From: an uncultured Desulfobacter sp.
GTDB lineage: Bacteria; Desulfobacterota; Desulfobacteria; Desulfobacterales; Desulfobacteraceae
Assembly (NCBI GenBank): GCA_963665095.1
Contig: OY762069.1
Location: forward strand, 1,472,001 to 1,536,000
DNA length: 64,000 bases
Direction of reading: 5' to 3'
The notes beneath the pieces are model-generated. The model searched no databases, had not been told where the DNA came from, and saw nothing but the letters and a program-made list of their open reading frames with translations. Numbering within the stretch: position 1 is the first letter of the stretch; each line of letters begins with the position of its first letter. Both the position numbers and the translations under genes were made by a program. Positions 39,095-48,433 of the stretch are shown here, in pieces.

Positions 39095-41491
39095 TCAGGC
39101 TTCCGTGAAAACCGGGCTTACACCCATGTTTTCAGGAAGTGTGCCCAGCCGTAGTGTCTCGGATCTGGGCAGATCAATACCAATGGTTTCCCTGATCAGA
39201 TCCTCCACCGTATGAATTGTTACAAACGTTAATTGATCTCTGACGTCTTCGGGAATCTTGGTCAGGTCAACTTCATTCTCCTCCGGCAAAATAATTTTCT
39301 TTAATCCTGCCCGGTGGGCCGCCAGCACCTTTTCCTTGATGCCGCCCACAGGAAGGATGTGACCCCTTAATGTAATTTCCCCGGTCATGGCAAGGGATGG
39401 ATCAATCTTGCGGCCCAGGATCAGTGATGTGATGGCCGTAAACATGCCCACCCCGGCTGACGGCCCGTCCTTGGGCATAGCCCCTGCCGGGATATGAATA
39501 TGCAGATCGTTTTTCTGGAAGTCAAAATCCTTGAGGGCAAACGCCAGCCGGGACCTGAAAAGCCCCATGGATATAGTAGCCGACTCTTTCATCACCTCCC
39601 CGAGCTGACCGGTCAGGGTTAGTCGGCCGGTTCCGGGCATGTGGACCGCTTCAATAAAAAGGATCTCGCCGCCCATGGGTGTCCAGGCAAGGCCCGTTAC
39701 CACGCCGGGAGGACTATCCGCCTGGGCCACATCATGTCTTATCCTGACAGGGCCAAGTATCTGTTCCAAGGTCTCTTCAGTGACCATATACGGCTGCTCG
39801 GCTGTACCGGAAACAATTTTTCTGGACGCAAATCCAGCCACCTGGTCCAGCTGCTGGCGAAGCGCCCTGACACCTGCTTCAAGGGTATACTTATCAATGA
39901 TTGCTTTTAACGCATCCTCTGTGATCTCAAGTTGGGATTTTTTAATACCATGTTCATCAAACACTCGTTTCAGCAGATGGTCTTTGGCAATGCGCAGCTT
40001 TTCGCCCGCCGTATACCCGGAGACGTCGATCACCTCCATCCGATCCAGAAGCGGGGCCGGTATCCCTCTTTTATCATTGGCCGTTGCAATGAAGAATACG
40101 TCTGACAGATCATAGGGGACCTCCAGGTAATGATCGGAAAAACTTTTGTTCTGTTCGGGATCAAGAACCTCGAGCAGGGCGCTTGACGGGTCTCCATGGA
40201 ATGCCGAAACCAGCTTGTCCACTTCGTCCAGAACAAACACCGGGTTCTTTTCCCCTGCTTTTTTCATGCCCTGGATGATCCGCCCGGGCAGCGCACCCAC
40301 ATATGTTCTTCTATGGCCCCGGATCTCTGCCTCATCCCTGACACCGCCCAGGCTGATCCGGACATATTTTCTGTCCAGAGCTTTGGCAATGCCCGCTCCA
40401 AGACTTGTTTTCCCGGTGCCCGGAGGCCCGACCAACAGCAGGATAGAGCCCTGTTTTTCTTTTTTAAGCTTCATCACAGACAGGTGCTCAAGGATCCGTT
40501 CCTTTATTTTTTCCTGCCCGTGGTGATGGGCATTGAGCAGTTCTTCGGCATGGTCAATATCGATATCCTTATCTTTTGTGACCTGCCAAGGCAATGCCAC
40601 CAGAAAGTCAAGATAGTTTTTGATGACAGGGGTTTCATGACCGGCCTGCCCCTGCTCCTTTAATTTAGCCAACTCTTCCAGAGCTGCCTGCTCTACCTCC
40701 TCGGGCATACCGGCCTCTTTGATCAGGCGTGCATAATCTTTTTTGCCGGCGGACTCAGGTGCGTCTTCATCCAGCTCCCGGTGGATCTGTTTGAGCTGCT
40801 CTTTTAAAAAGGCCTTTCTGTATTTTTCATTGCTCTGCGCAGAAAATTTCTCCGCCATCTCAATCTGGAGAAGGATGGACGTCTTGTGCTTGAGAAGAAT
40901 GTCCATAAAAGCAATGCCCCTTTCCTTGAGAGAGTCGGTTTCAAGAAGCTGCTGTTTCTCTTTCATGGGAATGGGGATGAACGGCAGGAGATATCCCATG
41001 GTCTCAGGGATGGAATCCATCTGCCGGATGCGCTGGGCATAGGCTTCGGAGCCTTTGAACTGAACGGCTATGTCATGGGCGATATCCTTGATGTAATCCA
41101 GCATCTGCGCCTTACTTTTCAGGTCCATATCCTCATGGTCCGGTGCCGCTGTGACCGTGGCCGTAATCTGGCTGTCAGTTATATCAAGGGATTGAACAGC
41201 CACCCGTAAGCGTCCGCTGGTCCGGAACAGATCATGACCGCTTTTAGATGTGTGGGATTTTAACTCGATGAGCGTTCCTGTGGAAAAAAACGCCTCAGGC
41301 TCCAAAAGCCCTGGATTCCCCCCTTCTTTGACAGAAATGGCCACAGCCAGGTTTTCCCCCTGGTCCATGCGTTTTTTAAGCAGATTTCCCAGGGCTTTAT
41401 CGACCTCAATCTCAAGGGTTGATTCAGGGAACAATACAGTCCGGGTAACGGGTACGACAATATATGTTGAGGTTTCAAGTGTTGATACCAT
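39095..41491 (-). CDS. lon: ATP-dependent protease La
   Basis: LON N-domain, GPPGTGKT, GHRRTYVGALPG, PKDGPSAG catalytic Ser, GGIKEK. Confidence 0.95.
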   Translation of the reverse strand: MVSTLETSTYIVVPVTRTVLFPESTLEIEVDKALGNLLKKRMDQGENLAVAISVKEGGNPGLLEPEAFFSTGTLIELKSHTSKSGHDLFRTSGRLRVAVQSLDITDSQITATVTAAPDHEDMDLKSKAQMLDYIKDIAHDIAVQFKGSEAYAQRIRQMDSIPETMGYLLPFIPIPMKEKQQLLETDSLKERGIAFMDILLKHKTSILLQIEMAEKFSAQSNEKYRKAFLKEQLKQIHRELDEDAPESAGKKDYARLIKEAGMPEEVEQAALEELAKLKEQGQAGHETPVIKNYLDFLVALPWQVTKDKDIDIDHAEELLNAHHHGQEKIKERILEHLSVMKLKKEKQGSILLLVGPPGTGKTSLGAGIAKALDRKYVRISLGGVRDEAEIRGHRRTYVGALPGRIIQGMKKAGEKNPVFVLDEVDKLVSAFHGDPSSALLEVLDPEQNKSFSDHYLEVPYDLSDVFFIATANDKRGIPAPLLDRMEVIDVSGYTAGEKLRIAKDHLLKRVFDEHGIKKSQLEITEDALKAIIDKYTLEAGVRALRQQLDQVAGFASRKIVSGTAEQPYMVTEETLEQILGPVRIRHDVAQADSPPGVVTGLAWTPMGGEILFIEAVHMPGTGRLTLTGQLGEVMKESATISMGLFRSRLAFALKDFDFQKNDLHIHIPAGAMPKDGPSAGVGMFTAITSLILGRKIDPSLAMTGEITLRGHILPVGGIKEKVLAAHRAGLKKIILPEENEVDLTKIPEDVRDQLTFVTIHTVEDLIRETIGIDLPRSETLRLGTLPENMGVSPVFTEA

Positions 41492-41554
41492 TGATTTCTC
41501 CTTTTGGTGTCGGTTGAACGATGGTCATCAAGCATACAATAGGGATGATTTAAA

Positions 41555-41704
41555 TTAGTTCAATGAAAACTAACAATATTTCTTTTATATTCCTCAAACG
41601 GTTTCAGGTATCTGGGTACTAAAGATGTAAAACAATGCTTGGTGTAGGATTCTCGCCTTTATCTTGACAGAATAAACCATATCAATTAATTAAACGTTAA
41701 CTAA
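41555..41704. promoter_or_regulatory. Two palindromic operator-like sites TTA(G/A)TT-N7-AACTAA
   Basis: 41555-41573 TTAGTTcaatgaaAACTAA and 41686-41704 TTAATTaaacgttAACTAA, both flanked by AA and CA; the second follows TTGACA (41664) by 16 bp. Confidence 0.6.
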
Positions 41705-41730
41705 CAGTTTTACGCAAAACCGGAGGCGTT

Positions 41731-42141
41731 TTGGACAGGGAAGCGATATACGAAGTCATCAGAAAATTCAGCCGGCTGGGCCGGGAGTGCAGTCATGAGG
41801 TCTCTGAAAAACTGGAAGCTTGCGAACTTCAGGCCAATCAATTGGATTATTTGAAAATGATAGACCAAACCCTGGAAATGACCTGCTCAGAACTGGCCGC
41901 ACAGTTGCATATCACCAAACCTTCGGTCACCGGCATTGTCAACAAGCTCATGGATCTGGGCGTGGTTGAAAAATCACGCTGCACCAGGGATAAACGCATT
42001 CACTATATCAAGCTGACAGAAAAAGGCCGCAATATCACCCGTCTGGAATACCTTGCCCATCAGCGCATGGTGGACAGAATCCTGGAAGCCTTATCCGAAG
42101 AAGAAGTTCAAACCTTTATCCGGCTGACGCAAAAACTGTAA
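41731..42141 (+). CDS. MarR-family transcriptional regulator
   Basis: ELA..L.ITKPSVT..VNKL, DKR....LTEKG; RBS GGAGG + TTG. Confidence 0.9.
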   Translation: MDREAIYEVIRKFSRLGRECSHEVSEKLEACELQANQLDYLKMIDQTLEMTCSELAAQLHITKPSVTGIVNKLMDLGVVEKSRCTRDKRIHYIKLTEKGRNITRLEYLAHQRMVDRILEALSEEEVQTFIRLTQKL

Positions 42142-42328
42142 GCCTGGCAGGTTTCAGGTTCTGGTTCTGCAGAAATCTGGTACTGCCCTGCCCTCTCCTA
42201 TCAGGAAGAGCCAGGAGACGCATGCGGCTGCGTGGTTGCAGATCCGTACGGCTGTTACGTCTCATGCTGTTGCTGCTAACAGCAGGATTTTTTGTACGCT
42301 TGGTATTTATATCACGCCAGAGCCGGCA

Positions 42329-42664
42329 TCAGGCTAACGCATCGGTTTTGGCAGCCATGGCAAAATCATTTTTATGCAGGCCTTTTATTTTGTGGGTTGT
42401 CCACAACACTTCCACACGCCCCCAGTCCAGAACCAGTGTGGGATGATGATATTCGGCTTCAGCCAGCTCCCCGACCTGGTTTACAAAGGCAAGTGCCTGC
42501 TTGAAATTTTTAAACCGAAACACCCGCTTAAGGGTCTTGACTCCCTTCACCTCAATAATTTCCCAGTCCGGAACCTGACCTTTAAATACGGTTATCTCGT
42601 CTTCAGTCGCAACGGCACCTCCCTTTTCACAGGGAACACATTTATGAGTTATCAAACTTTCCAT
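42329..42664 (-). CDS. phhB: Pterin-4-alpha-carbinolamine dehydratase
   Basis: C.PC, F.NF..A..FVN.V..LAE...HHP, WTTH.I.GLH.NDF.MAAK.D; RBS GGAGG before ATG 42664. Confidence 0.9.
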   Translation of the reverse strand: MESLITHKCVPCEKGGAVATEDEITVFKGQVPDWEIIEVKGVKTLKRVFRFKNFKQALAFVNQVGELAEAEYHHPTLVLDWGRVEVLWTTHKIKGLHKNDFAMAAKTDALA

Positions 42665-42872
42665 AACAACCTCCATTGGATAGGGTTTTTGCCTCTTCAT
42701 ATTAGTATAATCAGTGATCCGGGGCTGTCACGGAATTTAAAATGCAGACAAGTTCGCTGCCGGCCAACCTATGCAATTCCAATGTAAATACAATGACATT
42801 GGGCCAATAGTAAAGATTGACAGAGCCAGATTGCCAAGCCGGCTCTGTCAATCCGATCCGGACGACTTGGTT

Positions 42873-43010
42873 TCAATCGTCCAACTGAGTAATTTCAAGG
42901 TTCATAAACTTGTACAAAGGCAGCGTCCGGGCAATTTCTTTGGCCTGGCTTTTGGATTCACATTGCCAAACTGTCCATGCGCCCGATTGGTCAGCCGAAA
43001 GATCCTCCAG
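42873..43010 (-). pseudogene. Start-less fragment resembling the C-terminus of muconolactone-isomerase-like small proteins
   Basis: LSADQSGAWTVWQCESKSQAKEIARTLPLYKFMNLEITQLDD*; no credible start codon. Confidence 0.35.
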
Positions 43011-43159
43011 GCTGGTGTAAAGATAATACCATGCTGTTTTGAAACGGCAAGGACAACCGTTATACAGGGCTTTTATTGTTGACCTGTATGGCTTAACAGA
43101 AGGGCGTGTTTTCCACTTAAGAAGTCCCGATCAGTGGTCGTAGATTGGGGGTAGGCGCA

Positions 43160-43180
43160 CGAATCCTGTCAGGCCCACCA
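43160..43180 (+). other. tRNA 3'-end fragment (att-site-like)
   Basis: CGAATCCTGTCAGGCCCACCA = half T-loop, 3' T-stem, acceptor strand, discriminator and CCA; no 5' tRNA part upstream. Confidence 0.55.
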
Positions 43181-43909
43181 CGAAACACAAAGGTTTCCAG
43201 ATCTATTTTTTCACCGTTGTCCGCATTTTTAAACTTCCAGCTTTCTGATCGTCATGATATCAACCCGCTGTGGTGGCGGTGTCTTTTCAGTCCTGACTGT
43301 AATGTCATCCTGTGAGATATTTTTTATCGATGCAATGAGTTCTTTTACTCTTGACCTGCAGAAGTTCCCCTGACAATTTCCCATGCCTGCTCGCGTTCTG
43401 CGTTTAACGGCATCTGTTGAACTAATCTCAATCCCCCTGGTAAAAGCATCTTTTATTTCAGCTTCTGTCACTTTTTCACATCTGCAGATAATGTGTTCTT
43501 CGGGATTTTCAGATTCAAGTTCACCTTTGAACTGTGAAGATTTATTGCGAATGATCGGTGGCCTGTTTGGGTTCCAATCTGCTTTTATCTTGGCGACAAC
43601 GCCATCTTCTATCAGCATATCTGTTACATAAGCTGCTATAGCTGGCGAACTTGTGAGTCCCGGAGAGTCGATCCCCACCAAGTGGTATACCCCTTTTTCA
43701 GTGCCGCGGTTGATAATTGTAGATTCCCGAAATAACCTGAACAAAAACCCGCCAAATTTTTCATATTAAATTGACAAAGTTCCATTTTTCTCAAATTATC
43801 CTGTACAGGTTCTGATCAAAGCATTCTGACAAAAATGAAAAGGGCGAAAAGCTTTGCAGAGCCTCGCCCTTAAGACCGGGATTTATAAAATCCCAAAACA
43901 ACCATAAAA

Positions 43910-44356
43910 ATGATAATAAAGGTCAAAGCTGATATCAAGCAAATTTTCAAGCAGGGCAAAAATTTTACATGGCCAAAACCGTCACGATGTCCACATTGCA
44001 ACGACTCCAGGCTGTGGGGACACGGCTTTGTACTCTCCTTTTTTGATGGATTTGATCAAGGGGTGTATTTGAAGCGATATCGCTGCCCCTATTGCAAAAC
44101 CGTATTCAAATTGAAGCCATATGGTTTTTTCAAGAGGTTCCAGGCCAGTATCTGGCAAATCCTTACCAGCATTATGAGTCGTCTATACACTGACCGGTAT
44201 CTGCCGGAACTCTCCTGGAACCGACAGCATTTTTGGTTTACTGCATTGAAACGAAATATAGCGGCCTACCTGTCCAACAGTTGGGACAAAGGTGTGGTTG
44301 CTGGTTTTATCAAGCTAATCGGTATGGGTAAAATCCCGGTTACCAGTTCAATTTAA
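43910..44356 (+). CDS. Transposon zinc-finger accessory protein (DUF6431-like)
   Basis: CPHC....LWGHG and RYRCPYC motifs. Confidence 0.75.
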   Translation: MIIKVKADIKQIFKQGKNFTWPKPSRCPHCNDSRLWGHGFVLSFFDGFDQGVYLKRYRCPYCKTVFKLKPYGFFKRFQASIWQILTSIMSRLYTDRYLPELSWNRQHFWFTALKRNIAAYLSNSWDKGVVAGFIKLIGMGKIPVTSSI

Positions 44357-44459
44357 CCATGGGGCTGGATCAGGTTTAAACCACCCTACCGAAGGCTGTG
44401 ATTTACCGAAGGATCATACTGTCATACAAGCCCTTAGAACCAAATTTTAAGGAGGAAGT

Positions 44460-45716
44460 ATGACAGAAAATCAGAAAAATGAGGTTGCCGTGTTCAGGTT
44501 TGGGGTCATTTGTGAATTTGTGACCGGAACAAATTTTGATTACGGTGAAAAAGAACGAATTTTACAGCAGAAGTGCGCCCGCAAATGGTCCATCCCGTAT
44601 TCTGGAAGGACCAGGCTTTCCAGAAGTACGATTCTGGGATGGGTCCGGCAGTATAACGGTCGAATAGAGTCTCTTTACCCCAAAGACCGTTCAGACCAGG
44701 GAAAATCAAGGGTATTCGATGACGAGACTGCATCTCAACTAATCAAACTCCGGTTAGACCAGCCTGATGCGACAGTCGATACATTGATCTGTTCACTTCA
44801 AAAAACTACATGCCAGACATACAGTCCATCCAGTGTATACCGTTTTTTACGCGGCCGGGGGCTAATGAACACGGCCCGGCCAGAGGATAGAAGAAAGTTT
44901 GAAGCCCCGCACCCCAATGATATGTGGCAAAGCGACGTCATGCACGGCCCTACAGTCCTGGTTCAGGATAAGCAAAGAAAAACGTACCTGATTGCCATTA
45001 TGGACGATCATTCCAGGCTGGTTACGGCTGCAGGTTTTTATTTATCTGAGAATCTGAAGACCTATCTTATGGTGCTGGAGCAGGCTTTTTTGAGCCGTGG
45101 GCTTCCCCGCAAGCTGTATGTAGATAACGGTCCTGCGTTCAGATCCCATCATTTAAAATATGTAGCAGCGTCTCTGTCCATCGCTTTAATCCATGCAAGG
45201 CCATATAAGCCCCAGGGGAAAGGTAAAATCGAGCGCTGGTTCAGAACGGTTCGGCTTCAGTTTCTGCAAAGATTTACAGGTAAGACCCTGGATGATCTGA
45301 ATGGGGCATTTGAGAAGTGGCTTCATAATGAGTACCATCAGCGTAAACACAGCTCCACAGGCGAATCACCGTTTAAAAGATTTACCTCGGCCATGGAGTG
45401 CATCCGTACCGCCCCACCGGATCTGAAAGACCACTTCCGCAAAACCGCCCGGCGCAAGGTGGCAAAGGACCGAACCATAACCCTTGACGGCAACATGTTT
45501 GAGGCCCCGGTTGCGCTGATCGGCAGACATGTGGATGTAAAGTACCATGAGGACACCCCTTTGCAGGCTGAAGTTATCTATAAAGCAAAGTCTTATGGCT
45601 TGTTAACCCCGGTGGACCTTGCTGTGAACTGCCGGGTCAAGCGGCACCGCTGGAACGAAAATGATATCCGGATTATGCCTGAACCCTCAAATTACAAGGG
45701 AGGGCAACTGTTATGA
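44460..45716 (+). CDS. DDE transposase/integrase (rve + Mu-transposase C-terminal-like)
   Basis: WQSD, MDDHSR, YVDNG, GKIERWF, YHQRKHSS motifs. Confidence 0.92.
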   Translation: MTENQKNEVAVFRFGVICEFVTGTNFDYGEKERILQQKCARKWSIPYSGRTRLSRSTILGWVRQYNGRIESLYPKDRSDQGKSRVFDDETASQLIKLRLDQPDATVDTLICSLQKTTCQTYSPSSVYRFLRGRGLMNTARPEDRRKFEAPHPNDMWQSDVMHGPTVLVQDKQRKTYLIAIMDDHSRLVTAAGFYLSENLKTYLMVLEQAFLSRGLPRKLYVDNGPAFRSHHLKYVAASLSIALIHARPYKPQGKGKIERWFRTVRLQFLQRFTGKTLDDLNGAFEKWLHNEYHQRKHSSTGESPFKRFTSAMECIRTAPPDLKDHFRKTARRKVAKDRTITLDGNMFEAPVALIGRHVDVKYHEDTPLQAEVIYKAKSYGLLTPVDLAVNCRVKRHRWNENDIRIMPEPSNYKGGQLL

Positions 45717-46522
45717 GTGAAATGTATCGCACCTTTTTTGGCTTATCCAGGGAGGCCTTCCCGGCGCAGATAGAAATTAATGATATCCTGGTTACCCCGG
45801 AGGTCTCGGGCGTTAAAAATCGGATTGATTATTCCTTAAGACTTGGCTGCAGTGCGGTTATCACAGGGGATGTGGGCAGCGGAAAGTCCACCGCCTTAAG
45901 GTATGCCGCCTCATCCCTACACCCTTCGGAATACAAAGTCTTTTATGTTACGGCCTCAAGCGGTTCCATCATGGAACTTTACCGGCAGATTGTTGAAGAA
46001 CTGGGCATAGAGCGGACATCGACGTCCCGCGCTGTTATGATCTCCATTATTAAAAATGAAATACGTGAATTCGTCCTGGGAAAAAAGATCAAAACCGTTT
46101 TGATTATAGATGAGGCATCTCTGCTTCGCATGGAAGTCTTTGCCGAACTTCACACCCTGGTTCAATTTGAAAAAGACGCCATGCCCTGGCTGCCTGTGAT
46201 CCTTGCAGGTCAGCCGACATTGATAGATAAGCTTCAGTACCGGACGTCAATCCCGTTTGCATCCAGGATTGTGGCTAAAAGCCATCTGGATGGTCTGGAT
46301 GTGGCTGGAATGAAAACTTACCTGATCCATCATTTAAAACTATGCGGTGTTGACACCAACTTTTTTTCTGACCAGGCGGTGACTGCGATTCATCAAGGCT
46401 CCGGCGGCCTTTTACGAAAGGCGAATAATCTTGCCAGAGGCTCATTGATTGCTGCTGCGGCAGAAAAATCAATGACGGTATCTGCAGAGCATGTCCGCAT
46501 TGCTTCATCGGAGATTTTTTAA
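45713..46522 (+). CDS. ExeA-family AAA+ ATPase (transposition helper)
   Basis: GDVGSGKS Walker A, IIDEA Walker B, LAGQP; ATGA overlap with the transposase. Confidence 0.9.
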   Translation: MSEMYRTFFGLSREAFPAQIEINDILVTPEVSGVKNRIDYSLRLGCSAVITGDVGSGKSTALRYAASSLHPSEYKVFYVTASSGSIMELYRQIVEELGIERTSTSRAVMISIIKNEIREFVLGKKIKTVLIIDEASLLRMEVFAELHTLVQFEKDAMPWLPVILAGQPTLIDKLQYRTSIPFASRIVAKSHLDGLDVAGMKTYLIHHLKLCGVDTNFFSDQAVTAIHQGSGGLLRKANNLARGSLIAAAAEKSMTVSAEHVRIASSEIF

Positions 46523-48433
46523 GAAAAAACAGCCATAGAGCAGAATATTACGATTTCGGTGAAACGGAGCCGGGCTCTGCTGAGGAGCAACCTGGTAAGG
46601 GATAGCCGGAAGCAGGCAGCATTGAATAATGCGCCAGGGGAAGTGGGGATTACCTGCTTCCCCTTTCTGCTTTATTCAAGCTGTTCTGCCTATGCCTTAA
46701 AAACCTACTGAGAAGGAGCGCAGCGACTTCTGTAGCTGTCTTAAATAATATGGAAAAGATTTAATCTGTTCAAAATAATTAGAAAATTTAAGTCAGGATA
46801 AAATGCGACTCAACAATAATAAAATCACCTGTTTCAGACATTGCCCTGATACCTGAAAACGTGGTTAATGAACGTTTGATATCAAACCCCGGAACCGAGA
46901 GTCTGGCTTTTTCGATAATGACTTCTAACGCTTTGGACGTCGTATCCGTATCAACCGGCAAAAATAGATCCTCGGCATCCGGTCCGATCATAAGGTTTGC
47001 ATGAACGGTTGGCGTTACCAAGATTCCCTTTCCCTTTGGCCCAGGCGCTTGAAAGATAACCTTGTCAGCCATATGTGCCTGGTCTTTTCCCAATAATAGA
47101 TATTGACCTTTACGTGGCTTAATGGTCAAAGGATCACCTAAAATTGCGGCTATTTTTCCACTGGCAAGTCCTGCAGCGTTGATAATATTTTTCGTTTCGT
47201 AGGTTCTGTTTACAGTTGTTACTTTAAAGCCTTCCAAATTTTTCTTTATATCTTCAACACCTTCTGAAAATTTAAATTCTACACCATTTGCAATGGCATT
47301 TTCAGACAGCGCTATTGTGAATTCATATGGTGAGGTGATTCCAATACTTGGAATGTACACGCCACCTAAGACTTCTGGATTGACATAAGGTAATAATTCA
47401 AGCATCTCTTCCCGGGACTTCATCACCATATCGGTTTGACCGACTTTTATGCCGTTTTCAATTTGTCTGTCTATGGTTTTAAAATCCTCCTCTTCAAAGG
47501 CCAGCATCACCCCGCCAGTCGATTTATATCCAAAATGCAATTCTGACTCTAACTGTTTATACATGGCATTACCCTTTATACACAGCTCCCCTTTGAGTGT
47601 GCCGTACTTACCCGCGTAACCGCCATGTACAATCCCGCTATTGGCCTTTGATGCGCCTAATGAGACATCGGATTCTTTCTCAAAGAGTGCGATGGATACG
47701 TTGCTGTATTTTGATAGGTTCCTTGCAATTGCGCATCCCACAACGCCTCCACCAATAATTATGATGTCATACATAAATTTCTTCCTCGCTTAAAATAGAA
47801 TCGTGTCTACTGGTGCCCTGAAATAGGCCTTTTTAACATACAACAGCATCATCTATCAAAACGTAACTATTCACCCTGATCCGCCATCAGGTTACCATCT
47901 GCAGCGTTGGCTGCAAGGCAAAAGGCTTGCTGAGTATACGTATACACCTCTAAGGGTGTGATCAGGGAAAAATTTTTGTTTCCACAGGGATATTGAATTC
48001 CTTAAAAATCACGGTGACCAGATCAATGGCTGGTCCTCCAGATGATCGCCCAACCATTTAGAAAAGAACCATGAAGTGAACTGAGTGATTAGATCATTCA
48101 TCCCGCAGCAGACAAGGATGTGTCAACCCTTCATTCTTTCACCCAAGGCAATAGCCTTATCCTTCTCGTCAGATTAAAGCCAATTAGAGAGGACATACTT
48201 TTAATAATAGTGTTGGGTTTTGAATTCACACCGGGTCCATTCCGATAATGATGTAGTCATCTGGTTCTGAGTTGATATTTTGCTCTCTTTTGTATTCTAA
48301 AATTTTCATTGTAAAGGTTTGCATACTCCATTTCAGAAACCATTATTGGGTTGATAATTGAATTTGAAGTTAGTATAGGACAACTATTTGATCATGAAAT
48401 GTAGTTGTTCAAATTTGAGAAAAAATTGTTAAT

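Larger units (their letters stand above)
43718..46815 (+). mobile_element. 3098-bp three-gene transposon (zinc-finger protein + Mu/IS481-like DDE transposase + ExeA-type AAA ATPase)
   Basis: Ends TGTAGATTCCCG... / ...TGCGACTCAACA, imperfect IRs, 5-bp TSD ATAAT (43713-43717, 46816-46820). Confidence 0.92.
43229..47774 (-). pseudogene. FAD-dependent oxidoreductase with BFD-like [2Fe-2S] domain (GlpA/LhgO-like), split by a transposon
   Basis: GGGVVG, SKANSGIVHGG in 46816-47774; GIDSPGLTSSPAIA, CRCE, GMGNCQGNFC in 43229-43712. Removing the insert and one TSD restores a 480-aa frame (...GDFII-NRGTEK...). Confidence 0.9.

Noticed and set aside
43229..43744. Independent BFD-like [2Fe-2S] protein
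   Set aside because: It is the 3' part of the transposon-split oxidoreductase; its start codon lies within the transposon end.
45713..46522. Type II secretion ExeA/GspA component
   Set aside because: Lies inside transposon ends, is coupled to the transposase, lacks a peptidoglycan-binding extension and has no T2SS genes nearby.
47861..47970. Possible IS end or MITE (CGTAACTATTCAC; CCCTGATC...GATCAGGG)
   Set aside because: No matching second terminus, TSD or transposase found.
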